Shown: positions 12,176 to 64,000 of the stretch, piece by piece
Position numbering within the stretch: position 1 is the stretch's first letter
Layout of the letters: each line of letters opens with the position of its first letter
Assembly (NCBI RefSeq): GCF_006345805.1
Contig: NC_042997.1
Span: forward strand, 136,710,001-136,774,000
DNA: 64,000 nucleotides
Direction: 5' to 3'
Source of the DNA: Octopus sinensis
Taxonomy: Eukaryota
The notes under the pieces: model-generated
Databases searched by the model: none
The model's input: only the letters and a program-made list of their open reading frames with translations
Told to the model about the DNA's origin: nothing
Program-made: the position numbers and the translations under genes

Positions 12176-12878
12176 CTCACATTAGACTCCAATACTTGAT
12201 GGCCTGTAGGGACAACGTATTTCATTATGCAACCGACATGTGCAGAAATCGAACTCAAAAAATAATGAGATGTTAACGAAATACAGCATAACATGTTGAT
12301 ATGTGCTGAAACGATTAATCTAATCCGTCGGAATAACTTCATTGCGTAATTTCGGTTGATGTATCGAGATCAGGTTGCTTGGAGTATATTCTACGGTAAC
12401 TACGCACTTTTCAAATGTGACGCCAGAATTTCACGTTTGAAATTTTCAGATCATTCTTTTATAATCATTTAAGGTGTTGTTTAACCTCTGGTCAATCCTA
12501 ATTTAAGAGACTTATTATCAAAAGCGTTCTCATCAAGACCATTTTTTTTTTAATGGCATCTTCCTTGGCCCCTAGACAAATGACTGGCACTCCCTATACA
12601 CAACCACAGTATATATAGATTAGCATTGACTCCTCTAGACCTATAGACCCCCCACCCCGGGCAACTGCCCAGTGTGTCTATGCTTTTTGACAGCTCTGCA
12701 TTCAAAATTATATTATCCAATGTCCTTTTCTTTTAAAAAATGGTAAGATTTTGAGAGATTTAGTTACTACTTCTAGCGACTACGTCGAGGTGATAAACTC
12801 ATCTTTTAGAGACACGCCCCGTAATCCATAAAAAAGAGATCATCCCTGTCTCTGTCTGTGTGTGTGTGTGTGTGTGTA

Positions 12879-12911
<33 letters not shown>

Positions 12912-13378
12912 GTGCGCGTGTGTGTGTGCGCGTGTGTGGGCGTGCGCGCACACACACACATTGAGACACGTCAACATGTTTAATTATTTACAGAAGCAAC
13001 CGAGTTAACCACTGTGCGATCGCTTGATCTGCTAGAAATAGCAACTAAATCGTGATCAAATCATCTTGAAAACGGAAAGACACATTATACAATGAAGTTT
13101 CAGATAGTTACTATAAACAAGGAGGGTCATTGCTGGAACACTTTTTGATCATATGTTTGTTCGATCCCAGTCGACCTGGGGCTAAAAGAACAACGAATAC
13201 TAGATATGGAATCTACATTGGCAGCTTCATTACATAAACAAGCTCACGTGGTCTGAGATTTTGTTCTGCATCTGTTTACTCCTTTTTCTTTCTTTCACTT
13301 CATAACAGATAATGAAATTTTAGCTTTAAAAGATTACTACAATCTTCCTTCCATACGAATTTGAAAACGAGACGAGCT

Positions 13379-13386
13379 TATAAAAG
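13379..13386 (+). promoter_or_regulatory. Candidate TATA box of AGXT2
   Basis: TATAAAAG starts 44 nt upstream of the putative start codon (context TCAAACATG), in a locally CpG-retaining stretch. Confidence 0.5.
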
Positions 13387-13422
13387 CACGTATCGCCCGC
13401 CAATACATTATATACATCAAAC

Positions 13423-64000
<50,578 letters not shown>

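Overview
AT-rich (roughly one-third GC), repeat-dense eukaryotic genomic DNA. The tRNA-derived SINEs, RTE LINEs, Helitrons and microsatellite load look like an octopus/coleoid cephalopod; the taxon is inferred, not checked. One clearly supported protein-coding gene is present, on the + strand: mitochondrial alanine--glyoxylate aminotransferase 2 (AGXT2, class-III PLP aminotransferase). I reconstructed 13 GT-AG exons in continuous frame from 13423 to the window end (about 466 codons; the C-terminus lies beyond 64000). The putative first exon, encoding a mitochondrial targeting peptide, sits 32.4 kb upstream of exon 2 just behind a TATA box. Most of the remaining sequence is transposon debris (RTE LINE fragments and 3' UTRs, three SINE groups, Helitron/Helentron-like elements, pogo/Tigger, mariner, piggyBac-like and fold-back MITEs, a Penelope-like remnant, LTR-like pieces) and microsatellites. 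Nearly all ORFs in the supplied track are repeat artefacts. No CRISPR arrays, rRNA genes or genuine tRNA genes were found. The most notable observations are: (1) a stop-free, 459-nt PHD-finger-encoding RTE fragment in AGXT2 intron 1, bounded by splice-like sites in phase with exons 1 and 2; (2) recurring local inverted duplications anchored at (TA)n tracts; (3) young inverted LINE 3' UTR copies bracketing exons 2-4. I see no firm evidence of a new multi-gene system. Coordinates were counted by hand; repeat boundaries are approximate.
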